Assembly (NCBI RefSeq): GCF_009834535.1
Contig: NC_045707.1
Location: 46,378,001-46,442,000 of the forward strand
Length of the DNA: 64,000 bases
Origin: Camelus ferus
Lineage: Eukaryota
Reading direction: 5' to 3'
In this document: one piece after another, positions 1-12,499 of the stretch
How positions within the stretch are numbered: position 1 is the stretch's first letter
Layout: each line of letters starts with the position of its first letter
Made by a program: the position numbers and the translations under genes
The notes under the pieces: generated by a model
Told to the model about the DNA's origin: nothing
Database searches by the model: none
What the model saw: only the letters and a program-made list of their open reading frames with translations

Positions 1-1298
1 TCCAATGCAGTTTCTTTCAGCTAATTAAAGTGAAAACCTTTATAATGCTTTTTGGTGATATTATTACCAAGTGTGAAATAGGTTTATTGTGTGTTTCTAT
101 TTCTTAAAGATTAATTTGGATCAAAGAGCAGAATCAAAATTACATGCCAATTTTATGATCCAATTTATTAACTCCATACTAAATATATGCTCTAGACAGA
201 ATAATGTTGTGGCTGCAGCATTTGCAAAGGTTGAATCTCTATACACATTTAAACTAAGAATAAGGAGTAAAGTGTCCTTAAAGGACTTTCCCCGCCTCTT
301 TTAAAATAGGCAAAGCAGGAAACCAAAGCAAATCCAATTTTAGTTTAATGAAAGTCTTTTTATGTAATATGTAGACATCACATTAATTTATCAGAAATGG
401 TGTATTCAGTCAAGACTCAGTAATTTAATGGTTGGTTTGTGTAGGCTAAAGATCATCTCTTGTAGTAAAAAAAAAAAAAAAAGTAATTAATAATCACCCA
501 TGACTAAGGGAGACACCATTGGGAAAAAATGTATATAATAGTCCTGAGAAAGATTAATGAAGTTAAAAAGGTCAGAAATATTTTGATTAAAATTTTTGTT
601 TGTAATTATTTACAGTAAGTACACTTGTCTTTTTTTTTTTTTTTTTTTTAACTTCTGGATATGCAAACATTTAGTTACTTCCATAATTTTGGATCAGTGC
701 TTTTGGAGATAGCTGAGGTGATTTAGTTTCCTGTTCTTAGCACAGTGCATAGATGATCAATATTTATGTGTTGACTGATTTCTCCTCTGAATCTGCAGCC
801 TAAGTGCAGTTCACCTTGTGTCAAATAAAAGACCCTCTGTAGCATTGATCACAGACATAATTGCTTGCTGAAGGTCATGTTTGTGAAGACTGTGATTCTC
901 CCCAACCACTTGTCAAGTTCCAAATAGCTTTTCCCCTGATTTCAGAGTGTGGATTTTGTATCAGAATCCACGTGTGAAGTTTACCTTGGTATCTTCAGGA
1001 AACAAACATTCATGGTTTATGAATCCAGGAGTACCTAAACTGGAAGAGTCGGTACTTGTCAGTACTTCTAGTTAGGTTAATGCTTGAAGATGTGACCTTG
1101 ATGGTCACAGAAACTTTGCATGGAAGTAAGGAAAATTTAAAGTATGATTCAACTTTATTCTTGAATTTTGTTTTTGCCCAATTGAAAATCTGAAAATTGA
1201 GTTTTGTTATGAAATGACAAGGAGAATAATAAATGATAAAAATATATATAACCTGAAGGAGTTCAGTGATCACTAATTAAGTGTATTTCTTTCTGCAG

Positions 1299-1399
1299 GT
1301 ATAATTTGGCCGCCTGAGATTCTGTCTTAGCAAGAAGGAAGTGGAAAATACTCTTTGAAAGAAAACTAAGACAATAAGGAAGCCAGAACTTACTTTTAC
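1299..1399 (+). other. CEP83: 5' UTR part of the first coding exon
   Basis: Acceptor tttctttctgcag| ends at 1298; no ATG in 1299-1399; in-frame TAA at 1367-1369 upstream of ATG 1400. Confidence 0.85.
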
Positions 1400-1572
1400 A
1401 TGGTTGTCAGCTCATTTACCAATATGGACACTTTTCCCACCATTTTTCCTCCCAGTGGAGACAGTGGGCTGACAGGTTCTCAATCTGAGTTCCAAAAAAT
1501 GTTAATTGATGAACGTTTACGATGTGAGCATCATAAAACTAATTATCAGACTCTGAAAACTGAACACACAAG
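1400..1572 (+). CDS. CEP83: CEP83 coding exon 1 ([12 protein letters not shown]...[10 protein letters not shown])
   Basis: ATG at 1400, open frame, donor AG|gtaaat, ends phase 2. Confidence 0.96.
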
Positions 1573-1984
1573 GTAAATTAAATTTAGAGCGGAGAGGTTT
1601 GATTAAAAATTTTTATTTTGTCTGAATATTTACTCTGAAACATATGGAATAATTTTGTTATTTTGCAGTATACAGTATACATTTAAACCTTTTTTAATAT
1701 AGTAATTTTTTTGTTTTAAATCAAGGTTGTAAATTTATTTAAGTCTTATCTTGAAAGTAGCAAGACATGAAATTCAGTGTGTTTTCCCCCCCAATGTAAA
1801 ACTGCATTCAGAGATTACAGTGTTAATAATTAAATAGAACTCTGTAAAGCAAAGATATTTGCAAGTTTAATGAAATATATGATATTGGTCTTGCTCTGTA
1901 GTGTTGGTTGACTTTACATAAAGTAATACAATTAGAAAGCAAAGGATACATTTAAAATTGAATTCTTCTTTTTCTAAAAATCAG

Positions 1985-2135
1985 GTTGCAAGATGAATAC
2001 ATAAAGTTACAGAATGAGCTCAAGCGCCTGTTAAATGAAAAGCAAACTCACCAGGAAAAATTTCAGCAGCTGCTTGAAGAGCTAAGAGGTGAATTAGTAG
2101 AGAAAACTAAAGTCTTGGAAGAAATGAAGCTGCAG
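1985..2135 (+). CDS. CEP83: CEP83 coding exon 2 ([13 protein letters not shown]...LEEMKLQ)
   Basis: tcag| acceptor, CAG|gtaaga donor, 151 nt restores phase 0. Confidence 0.96.
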
Positions 2136-3249
2136 GTAAGATACATTTGAGTTAGTATAAAAGTAATCAGATGTTTAGCAGAAGTAAGTAGTTTTGGTAA
2201 ATTCTCTCTATATTTATTATACAACAAAATACTCATTAAGAATGAGTGGTGTAATTATGTGGTGTAATTTAATCTTCTTTCATATACTCTAGAATGTTAG
2301 CTATCATGTAGGGTTAGCTACAAAACTTATTTTATGTAAATTTATATTATACTTTCTGTTCTGATTTAAATATAATCTTGCTCTTCAGAATAATTGGAGA
2401 AAAGGCCAGTTTGAATTGATAAAACTTAAAATTTAAAAAAAAATCCTTTCTAAAAATAAAGATTTACTTATTTTCCTTTAAGTATTATAATGGAAACTGA
2501 GCTAAAAATGACTAATAAGGAACTTCTTAAAAGACACTGTAAAAACAATGTGTGCACATAATTTGTGTGCAGAATGTAAGGTAAATAAAGTTTCTAAAGC
2601 AACAAATAGTTGGTACTAAGGTACTGACTGCATTTTCTTTAGATATTTTTCACACTATTCATTTTCCATTTGCCTAGAAAGTAGCACAAAGCTAAACTTG
2701 AGCACCAAACTTACTATACATTTCAAATTAGTAGGTGTTAGTGATAATTTCTTATTATCCCTAGGTAGCACCTGCTGTGTACTTCTACTTATCTAGTGCT
2801 TGCTACAGTAAGGTATTAATACTGGAGTCATGGGTTGGTAGAATAAAAAGCCATCTTTCAGGTCATCCAATATGGCATATCACTCAATTCATGGATTCCT
2901 TAGACAGCAGTGTTGTAAGTTTTTCACAGTATCTTCTCGAAATCTTCCTCTGTTGGGAACATCACCACTAGGCTTGGGTTGGAACCTCTAGTGTACTTAC
3001 TGTTTCATTCCTAGGTATACATGTTTAGGACATTTCAGCAAATAAAAACCTCCGAAGTGTGAGTTGAAGAGGGAAATGTAATTTAAACGTCTCGAAGTGA
3101 TGGATTAATTTGTTTTGCAAAAATTGAGAGGCCTATATGAATGAAATCTGTGAGCACTGAACCCAAGGTCTTAAAAGTATTCTTCAGGCATTGAGGATAT
3201 AATTACTCTGTTTCATGAGAGTAGCATGTAGACATGCTTATTTGTAACA

Positions 3250-3400
3250 ATAACATGCAAACAGTAAACTTAAGAAGACTGGAGTGGCTGTATTCATATC
3301 AGATAAAATAGACTCCAAGACAGAGAGTATCTCTCAAGGTAACAAGAGTATTTTTATAACCCAAAAAAGGATCAGTTCACCAGGGATAAAATGACCTTCA
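3250..3400 (+). mobile_element. Decayed L1 ORF2 (endonuclease region) fragment
   Basis: ggagtggctgtattcatatcagataaaatagactccaagaca resembles the L1 ORF2 start and is homologous to 23800-23840. Confidence 0.7.
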
Positions 3401-3409
3401 ACAAATAAT

Positions 3410-3680
3410 TATATTTCTGTGTCTTAATTTTCTTATGTGGTAGAAGGCATAAGAGTTGTTACCTAACAGGGTTTTTGTGAGGACTAATGAGATAATGATA
3501 ACTTGTATATTTTTAGTAATGTTTGGCACTTAGTAGATACTCATTAATAATGGCAGTTTTTATTCTATTTGAGTACAGGCTCTGTGAGGGCAGGAACTTC
3601 TTTTTAGTGTGTCTCCAGTGCTCAGGATGACCTTGCAAATATCTGTTAAGTGAATGACATAAATAAATAGAATAAATGAA
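3410..3680 (+). mobile_element. MIR core followed by an L2 3' end
   Basis: acctaacagggtttttgtgaggactaatgagataatg (MIR-like); ggctctgtgagggcaggaac...gaatgac...aatgaatga (L2 tail). Confidence 0.65.
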
Positions 3681-3907
3681 TGAGTCAGAATTGTTCTGTT
3701 TGTATATAATATGTTGCACTTCTTGTCTCATATGTACCTAGTGCCTTAGCACCTGAATGAGTCAGAATTGTTCTGTTTGTATATAATATGTTGCACTTCT
3801 TGTCTCATATGTACCTAGTGCCTTAGCACCTGAATGAGTCAGAATTGTTCTGTTTGTATATAGTATGTTGCACTTCTTGTCTCATATGTACCTAGCGCCT
3901 TAGCACC
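3677..3907. repeat. Tandem repeat, 3 x 77 bp
   Basis: Units start at 3677, 3754 and 3831; copies 1 and 2 identical, copy 3 has two substitutions. Confidence 0.97.
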
Positions 3908-3959
3908 TTAGAGTTGTTAATCATCTAGTTCTCTTTCATATCTGTTATGAAACATACCA

Positions 3960-4420
3960 AGATAAGTTGAAGTTCTAACTCCAATAGCTCAGAATGTGAC
4001 CTTATTTGGAAATAGGATTTTGCCAGTGTAATTAATTAGGTTAAGATGAGGTCATACTGAAGTATGATGGGCCCTTAATCCAGTATGGCTGATGTCCCTA
4101 GAAGAAGAGAACAGACTTAGAGACAGAAACACATGGGTGAGGGGTGTGTTGGGGGTAGGGGCGGAAAGAATGCCTTGTGGTGACAGAAGCAGAGACTGAA
4201 GTGCTGCATCTGCCAGGGAACACCAGGGATTGCCAGCACATCACTAGAAGCTCGAACAAGGCAAGGGAAGGATTCTTCCGTATGATTTTCAGAGGGAGCA
4301 TGGCCTAGCTGACAACTTGATTTTGGACTCTAGCTTCCAGAATTGTGAGACAATAAATTTCTGTTTTTTTAGCCACTCAGTTTGTGGTATTTTTCATGGC
4401 AAATCTAGAAAACTGGTCAC
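3960..4420 (+). mobile_element. MaLR solo LTR (MLT1B/C-like)
   Basis: cagaatgtgaccttatttggaaatagg...gttaagatgaggtcatact...ttggactctagcttccagaattgtgagacaataaatttctgtt are MLT1 hallmark motifs. Confidence 0.85.
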
Positions 4421-6363
4421 ACCATCCAAAGCAGAATTCCCGTTTGGAACATCTGTGGCACAGAGCTCTTCATTCTCTGCGTCAGTGCTTTCAGGGCTAG
4501 AGAATATAGTGAACTTGCAGAGTGACCCACCTCCATTTATGGATTGGAGTATGTTAAGCATTTTCTCTCTCATAGTGAAATGAAATCATTCTCCCCGTTA
4601 GCCTCCGTTTGGTTCTTGTACTGTTCCTTGGACCTATGTAAAGGAACTTTCGACATTTCTCCATGTGATAACTTCACAGATGTTTGCTTACAGATACAGT
4701 TTGTCTGGTAAAGTTTCTGTTTTTCAAGATTAACATGTCTGATTTCTGTGTGATATTTACCTGGAAAAAAATAACTGAAAGAAACAGCTCTACATACATA
4801 CACATATTGAAGCAATTTAGCTATTTGCTTTAATGGATGCTTGCAATTTGTACAAATTGTAGTTAAGTAAATTCAACAAAGTAAAATCCGGGAGAGATAC
4901 TTTGATGAAGGTTTTATGAAAGGTGATTATTTTTAAAATACACATGTATTATATTGTCTACATGCAAAATGCCTTTTCTGAGTTAAGATTTAATATCCCT
5001 TTGGCTTTTATAGAAATAGCAATATAAAACACATCCATCTGAAGAAGATTTCTGTGTCATTTGTGTAGTGGTAGTGAATAGGAATAATAATAGTGCCTAG
5101 CTCATAGGGTGATTGTAAAGATGCAATGAGAATGCATAGAAAGTGTTAGTACAGTGCTTTGATGTGGTGAGTGATTAGAATGTGTTAGCTGTTGTTATTG
5201 TATCATCATTATGTAATATACTAGCAAAACCTTTTTTAAAAATACGGGATTTGTTTTATAGATTTCTGACAAAAATTTTTAAAAATTACTTTACCAAAAA
5301 TGTATGTACTTTCTTTGTGCCAGGCAACAAAAACTATGTAATCCAGTATGTTTCCCATTTATTTATCTAGGAAGCTCAGAGCAAAATTTACTACTCAGTT
5401 GGTCGAGTTTTTAAGAATCTCTGGCACTACAATATTTGCCCTCTTAAATTAAAACATTCTTTGGAAAATATTGGTCTATTTTGTATTAATATGATAAATC
5501 TTGTAGTGCTAATATGACTTACTTTTATAGATTTAATATAGGTAATGACACATAGACAGTTACATGATAAAGCATTTTTTAAGCTTCTTTTGAGACAAAT
5601 AGTGGCAGTATTCCATTAGAAGTCTAAGACACAGCATAACTTCCTCCTAAAATGGCGTTGGGATAATCCTCTGATTCTATTCCTTTAGTGTATGTTGGCT
5701 TTGAGGGAGAGGGGAGGAAAATAGTTTTTTTATGTGTGCTTGTTTTTAATAAAATTCTTATGAGATAAAAGAGTCTCTAATCATAAGATTTTTTTTGTTA
5801 TCGGAGACCTCATAAGTCACAAGTCTCCTGTGTAGTTACCAATTCCAGTGTTGTTTTTTCCCTTTGTGTAGATCCGTATTTCCATCAGTATCATTTTCCT
5901 ACCATCTTAAGATTTTAACATTTCTTATAGTGCAGAAATACTGGTGAGAAATTTTTTCAGCTTTTATAAAAGAAATTATTTAAAGATATTTTTGCTGAGT
6001 ATTAAATTATAGATTGACAGTTTTTCCCCTAATACTTAAAGATATTGCTCTTTTGTTTCACATATTTGCTGTCATCCTTATCTTTGTTCTGTTTTTGCAG
6101 TGTCTTTTTTTCTTGGCAGCTTTTAAGGTTTTTTTTCTTTATTGCAGCTTTTCAGCAATTTGATTGACATGCCTTGGTACTTTTCTTCATGTTCCTGGTG
6201 CTTGGGATTTATTGAGCTTCTTGGGTGTCTGGGTTTATACTTTTCATCAAATTTAGAAAATTTTTAGATACTACTTCTCAAAACATTTTTTTTTGCCTCC
6301 TATCTCCTTCAGGGAGTCAGCTATTAGGCCACTTAAAGTTCTCCCATAGCTCATTGATGTTCT

Positions 6364-6466
6364 GTTTATTTTATTTTTATTTATTGTAATGGAGGTACTG
6401 GGGATTGAACTCAGGACCTTGTACACATTAGGCATACACTCTACCACTGAGCTGTTGCCCCACCTC
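6364..6466 (-). mobile_element. tRNA-derived SINE (camelid-type)
   Basis: Reverse complement reads ggggcaacagctcagtggtagagtgtatgcctaatgtgtacaaggtcctgagttcaatccccagtacctcc plus an A-rich tail; same family as 46701. Confidence 0.85.
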
Positions 6467-6814
6467 ATTTGTTCATTTTTAATCTTTTTTGTCTCCTTGT
6501 TTCATTTTGGGTGGTTTCTGTTGTCATGTCTTCAAGTTCTTTGATCTTTTCTCCTGCAGTGTCTAATCTGCCATTAATCCAATAGTGCATTTTTCATCCC
6601 AGAAATTGTAATATTTTTCCTGAAGTCCAATTTTGGTCTTTCTCATACTTTCCTTATGATGTTGAGTCTTTACTCTAGCTTTATATGGAATTCAGTTATA
6701 ATTATTTTAATGTTTTTGGTAATTCTAGCATCTGTATCACTTCTGGGTTCGTGTTGATTGGTTTTCTTTCCATATTTACTGTGGGTAGTATTTTCAGGCT
6801 TTTCATTCTGGTAT

Positions 6815-8520
6815 ATTAAAAAGTTATTCTTGTATTTAAGCTTCAGATGTACAGCAGCATGGTTCAACATCTATATACAGTACAGAGTGATCACCGCCAC
6901 AAGTCTAGTTACCATCCATCACCATACAGTTGACCCCTTCATCAGTTTTGCCCACCCCCAACCCTCTTCTCCACTGGTAACCACTAATCTTTTCTCTGTA
7001 TCTGTGTGTTTGTTCATTGGTATGTGTGTATGTTCGATTGCACATATGAATGAAATCGTATTGTATTTGTCTTTCTCCATCTATTTTACTTATTATAAAA
7101 CCATCAAGGTCCAACCATGTTGTCACAAATGGCAGGATTTCTTTCTTTTATGACTAATATTCCATTGTGTGTATATACCACGTTCTATTTATCCATTCAT
7201 CCATCACTGGATACTCAGGTTGTTTCCATATCTTGACTATTGTAAATAATGCTGTAGTGAACATAGGGATTTGTATATATTTTTGAATTAGTGTTTTTGT
7301 GCTCTTCAGATAAATACTCAGAGGTGTAATTACTGGATCATATGGTGGTTCTATTTTTAATTTTTTGAGGAACCTCTATGCTGTTTTCCGTAGTTGCTTC
7401 ACCAGTTTACACTCCCATCAGGAGTGCAACAGGATTCCCTTTACTCCATGTTCTCACCAACACTTATTATATGTTGTTCTTTTGATAATTATTGTTTCTG
7501 ATAGATGTGAGGTGATATCTCAGTGTGGTTTTGATTTTCAATTTCTTGATGATTAGTGATGTTGAGCATCTTTTCATGTGTCTGTGGCTAGTTATATGTC
7601 TTCTTTGGAAAAATGCCTAAGACCCTCTGCCCATTTTTAAATTGGGTTGCTTGGGTGTTTTGTTATTGAGTTATATGAGTTCTTTATATATTTTGGATAT
7701 TAACTTTTATTGGATATATGATTTGCAAATATCTTCTGCCATTTAGTTGGCTGACTTTTGTTTTGACGATGGCTTCCTTTGCTGTGGAGAAGCTTTTAAG
7801 TTTGATATAGTTCCATTTGTTTTTGCTTTTGTTTTCCTTTCCTTTGGTGTCTAACCCTGCTAAGACCAGTGTCAATAAGGAAGATACCACCTGTGTTTTC
7901 TTCTAGGCTTTTATGATTTCAGATTTTAAATTTCAAGTTTTTAATCCATTTGAAGTTAATTTTGTGTATGCTGTGGAATAGTGGCCTAGTTTTATTCTTT
8001 GCATGTAGCTGTCTAGTTTTCCCAACAAAGTTTATTGAAGAGACTGTCCTTTCTCCATTGTATTTCTTTGCTCCTTTGTCATAGACTAATTGTCCATATA
8101 TCTGTGGGTTATTTCCTGGGCTCTCAGTTCTGTTCCTTTGATCTGTGTATTTGTTTTTGTGCCAGTACCACACTGTTCTGATTTCTATGCCTTTGTTGTG
8201 TGGTTTGAAATCAGGGAGTGTGATACCTCCAGCTTTGTTCTTCTTTCTCAAGATTGTTTTGGCTACTTAGGGTCTTTTGTGGTACCATACAGATTTTAGA
8301 ATTATTTATTCTGGTTCTGTGAAATCTGCCATTGAAATTTTGATAGGGACTTCTTTGAATCTGTAGATTGTTTTGGGTAGTATGGACTTTTTAACAATAT
8401 TAATTCTTCCAATCCATGAACATAGAGTATCTTTTCATGTTTTTGGTATCTTCCATTTCTTTCATCTGTGTCTTACAGTTTTCACTATGTAGGTTTTTCA
8501 CCTCCTTGGTTAAATTTTTT
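6815..8520 (-). mobile_element. 5'-truncated L1 (L1MA-type) 3'UTR and end of ORF2
   Basis: ORF-track 7919..8251 (-) gives KNKAGGITLPDFK...TVWYWHKN..DQRNRTESP, an L1 ORF2p C-terminal motif; frames are broken. Confidence 0.92.
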
Positions 8521-10239
8521 CTTAAGTCTTTTATGCCTGTAAATGTTTATTGGATGCTAGGTATTGTAAATTTTACTTTGCTGAGTGCTAAATATTTTTA
8601 TATTCTGATTAATTTTCTTGGGCTTTGTCTGGGACAGTTACTTGGAAATAGTTTTGACTTTCTGGGGCTTGCTTCTAAGATTTGTTAAGTGGGAGCAGAT
8701 TGGTGTTTAGTGCTAATAATTTCCCACTACTGAGACCCTTCTGAGTACTCTACTCATAACTCTAAGATGAAGTTTTCATTCTGGCTTTTGGGAAAAGGAA
8801 CTGTGAACTCTGAGTACTCTTCCCTCTAATCCTTTCAGGTGGCTTTTCGCCTGGCCTCAGGTATTTTCCTTACATGCATGTGCTGATCAGTACTCTGCTG
8901 AATGAGTCAAGAGGAACCTTTTGCAGATCTTCATAATTTTCTTTTTTTTGCTACCCTCCTTTCTGTTACTCTGTCTTGTGACTCTAGCCACACTAGTCTC
9001 CCTGGATTCTGGGTATCATCTCTACAAGTTAGGGAGTCCATCAGACTCTGCCTGAATATCCCTTCCTTTGCCATGGCCCAGAAGCTTTTGTGAAGTTCAC
9101 TTCTATGTTTTCTGTTTCTTAGCGAGCTTTGCCACTTCATTATGTCCAGTGTCTTGAAAACTGTTGTTTGATTTTTGTTCAGTCTTTCATTTGTTTCAAG
9201 GAGCAGGGTAAAGCTGGTCTCTATTCCAACTGCTGGAATTGGAAGCACTTTTATTTTTGATTAACTTTTAATGATGGAAATCTCAAGTACAAAAGTATAG
9301 AGAGTAGTATGATACATCCCCATGTACCTATCACCCAGCATCAATAACTGTCATCTCTGAGCCTGGCTTGTTTTATCTTCGAGTGCTTCCCCTCTGTCTC
9401 TCAACCCCTCTGGATTATTTTGAAGCAAATCATATTATCTCACCCCTAAATATTTTACTATATATCTCTATTATATACCAAGACAATCCCTCAAAAGCAT
9501 AGCCACAGTACTATTTCCAAACCTAACAGTACTTATTTTTTAATACCTCTTAATAGTGCATCTTTGTTCAGATGTCCCTAACTTTATCCTAGTTTTTGCT
9601 TGTTTATTATTTTTGAAGTTGGCTTGTTTGAAATAGGATTCAAATAAAATTTACATATTATTCTCTTTTAATTACCACCCATTCTTTCTTTGGCCTCAAA
9701 ACTATCACAGACTCTTGACATCATAAACCTTATTATACAGGAGCTTTCTATCTGGTTCCTCTGGCTCCGTTCACTGCCTCTTCTTCCCACAGCCACCAAT
9801 TCTTTCCCACCAAAACTTTTGATTTATCTTGCTTCTTTCTAAAATATACATATGATGCCATTCTTAAGCTTAACAACCTTCAGTGAATAAGCAAGATACA
9901 CAAAAATGTGTATAGTATGCCTTTCTTTATGTAAAAATTAAAAGTGGTTTATATGCTTATATATCTATGGATTATTTCAAAAAGGATATGTAAGAAACTT
10001 AACAGTTGTTGCTTCCTAAGAGGAAAACTGAAGGATGAAGTGAGAAGACTTTGTTTTTTAATGTTATCATTAATTTTGTTAAAATTATTTTATTTATGTG
10101 ATTATATTTATTTATTTTAAGTAAAACTAGAATTTAAATAAATACTGTTGAATACTGAGTAAATTATAGGAGTGTGAATGTGGTACTCAGGAACCTTCCA
10201 CTCTGTGGCTCCTACCTCTCTCCCTTTTATTTTCAGCCA

Positions 10240-10410
10240 GGATGCAGCTCTCCTAGGTGATGTTTGGAAATGGGTCAGCAAGGCCTTGTTTGTCACAATC
10301 TAGAGATTGCTGCCAGCATTAACACAGGGACTCAGGATGCTAAATTTCCTATCGTGCTTAGTGTGGCTCCATCTGAAATGCCTTTAGCTCACCTTTGAGA
10401 ATCATTTTTC
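10240..10410. mobile_element. MER20-like hAT DNA transposon remnant
   Basis: tttggaaatgg...tgtcacaat...cagggactcaggatgctaaa...tttgagaa resembles MER20 from memory. Confidence 0.5.
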
Positions 10411-10944
10411 TTCCCAGGGGATTTAATAGTTTACTTATTGTTTGGTTTTGTGTTCTACCTAAGCTTTAGTTTTCCCATTCCTTTGTGCCATTCTTTCAGT
10501 CCTAAATGTCTTCTGTTTGTCTTTACCTGTCTGGTAAGCCTTTATTGCCAATTTTTGTAGTTATTTGCATGTGTAAGTTATTTTTCATTTGAAAATTTGA
10601 AGTTTTTATGGGGAGAGATATAATTCCTGTGAGTTTTTGTGATCCTTAGAAAGTTAAACTGTGTGTGCTTCGTTTCTGTAAAAAGGGGATGATAATGTAG
10701 GTACATTCTGGATTGTTCTGGGTATTAAATTAATACATGTAAGGAATTTAGAACGGTGTGTTATGTAGATTGTGGCATGTTGCCCAGTGTTTCATATATA
10801 GTAGGCATTCATTCAGTAGAATGTTTGGAATATTTGGAGAATTGATGAATAAATGAATGAATTAAGCTGACTGTTACTCTTAGTTGGTAGAGATTAATGT
10901 AAATACAAACTAGAGGGTTTTTTTTTTTCTGACAACTGATACTC

Positions 10945-11230
10945 ATTAACTAATTCATTCAGTAAGTAACTGAGATGTTCCCTGGTGGTCTAGTGGTTAG
11001 GATTCGGCGCTCTCAGTAAGTAATTGAGTATTTCCTATGTGCCAGGCAGTAGTGCAAGGTGTTGGGAACACATGGTGAATAAAGGCTATGTGTTCTCTTA
11101 AGGAGCTTACATAAATACTTATTACTGAAATATGAGTTCTACAAGAGTATAACAGGGAGGAGTCTAAATTAATTTTGGTGGTCAGAGTAAAAATCTGCTT
11201 TTTCTGACTGAAAGTAAGCCTGAAGAATTT
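10945..11230 (-). mobile_element. L2 3' end hosting the tRNA-half insertion
   Basis: attcattcagtaagtaattgagtatttcctatgtgccaggcagtagtgcaagg is an antisense L2 tail. Confidence 0.7.
10979..11015 (+). pseudogene. Tailless tRNA-Glu(CTC) 5'-half retropseudogene
   Basis: TCCCTGGTGGTCTAGTGGTTAGGATTCGGCGCTCTCA equals nt 1-37 of mammalian tRNA-Glu-CTC as recalled; flanked by tcagtaagtaa(c/t)tgag at 10959-10974 and 11013-11028. Confidence 0.9.
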
Positions 11231-11606
11231 CCTATGATATACCAAATTATTACATCTTTATTTTGCTTGCTTTAGAAAATACACTCAACCACTGTATCCA
11301 ACAAAATAACCTTAGATGCCAACATAGTTATTCCTAACAAAGCAGTAATAATAATAATAATTAGTGATTGCCTTTACCTCATGTGAATGGAATTTTGGAC
11401 ATCTCTGAGAGCCTGAAACTGAGTTTCTTTAAGTATTGTTTCAAATGATAGTTCTATTTATATGATAATTATTGTAAAATTAGGTGTATTTTGAAATTTC
11501 TATTAGTTGAATTTATGTCATAATTAGGCTTTAAAATTTGTCTAATTCTTAAATTTACTATTTGTGATATCTTATTTAGAATTGTTTGTGTTTCTCTGTA
11601 TATTAG

Positions 11607-11699
11607 GTATTAACTCCACAGAAGTTGGAATTGTTACGAGCCCAAATACAACAAGAACTAGAAACTCCAATGAGAGAACGTTTTAGGAACCTGGATGAA
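11607..11699 (+). CDS. CEP83: CEP83 coding exon 3 ([31 protein letters not shown])
   Basis: tattag| acceptor, GAA|gtaagt donor, 93 nt, phase 0-0. Confidence 0.96.
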
Positions 11700-11769
11700 G
11701 TAAGTAATTTGTATAGAAGGACTATGCCTTTATCTTCATGTGACTGAGAAAGACTTGTTTAAAAGTATC

Positions 11770-12305
11770 ATTCTCCTGCTGAAAGGCCCTGCTTAGCTTC
11801 CCTTCTTACTCAGTGTCCTTATAGTGGCCTCTAAGACTATGCAGGATCAGATCCCATTCCTTCATCCACACTGGCTCCCTTGCTGTTTCTTTGGCACTCC
11901 AGAAATGGTGCAGTTCAGTCGTTGCCCTAGTTGTTCCTCCTGCCATGTATCTCTTTGCCAATTTCCTCATCTCTTTTGAGTCTGCTGAAATGTCACCTTC
12001 TCAATGAGGCCTGCTTTGACCAACCCTTGTCTCCATTTAATATTGCAACCTAACCTACTGCTCCTTAAACTTTTGGATTCCCATTTACGCAGCTCTACAT
12101 TTTCTTTTTCTCTAGTATTTATAGTATTGTAATATGCTATATAATATTTATCGTGCTTATTTTAAATTTTTTCTTTTACCACCTCTAGAATGTAAATTGC
12201 CTGAGAGGAGGAATCTGTTTTGTTCACTGTTATATTTCAAGTTCCTAAAACACTTTCTAGCATATGACAGGTGCTCAGTTAATACTTGCTGAATGAAAAA
12301 ATGAA
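11770..12305 (+). mobile_element. L2 3' region
   Basis: aaatgtcaccttctcaatgaggcctgc...ctagaatgtaaattgcctgagagg...ggtgctcagttaatacttgctgaatga. Confidence 0.75.
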
Positions 12306-12499
12306 TTTCATCCAACCTCAGAAAAGTAAAAATTTGTTTCTCTTCAGATTGAGATCAGTCTCCTCATACGAAATGTTGGTGTAATGTGACTGAATGTTGA
12401 GTAAAGGTAATAGGAAAAGATGACAGATGTTGAGTACATTAGGTACTATGCTAGACATTTTATATTTGTTACCTTGTTTAATAAATATACTGGTCCTTA

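Larger units (their letters stand above)
5860..9250 (-). mobile_element. Old L1M (L1MC-like) 5'UTR/ORF1 region interrupted by a younger L1 and a SINE
   Basis: Antisense ORF1-like sequence 5860-6810 resumes at about 8525 and ends in an L1M 5'-end-like motif near 9250. Confidence 0.7.

Noticed and set aside
999..1125. Possible extra 5'UTR exon (cttcag| ... GAA|gtaagg)
   Set aside because: Splice-like motifs only, with a weak pyrimidine tract and no independent support.
10979..11015. Functional tRNA-Glu gene or CHR/Bov-tA SINE head
   Set aside because: No T-arm, B-box or 3' acceptor strand; the sequence follows the tRNA itself and has no SINE body.
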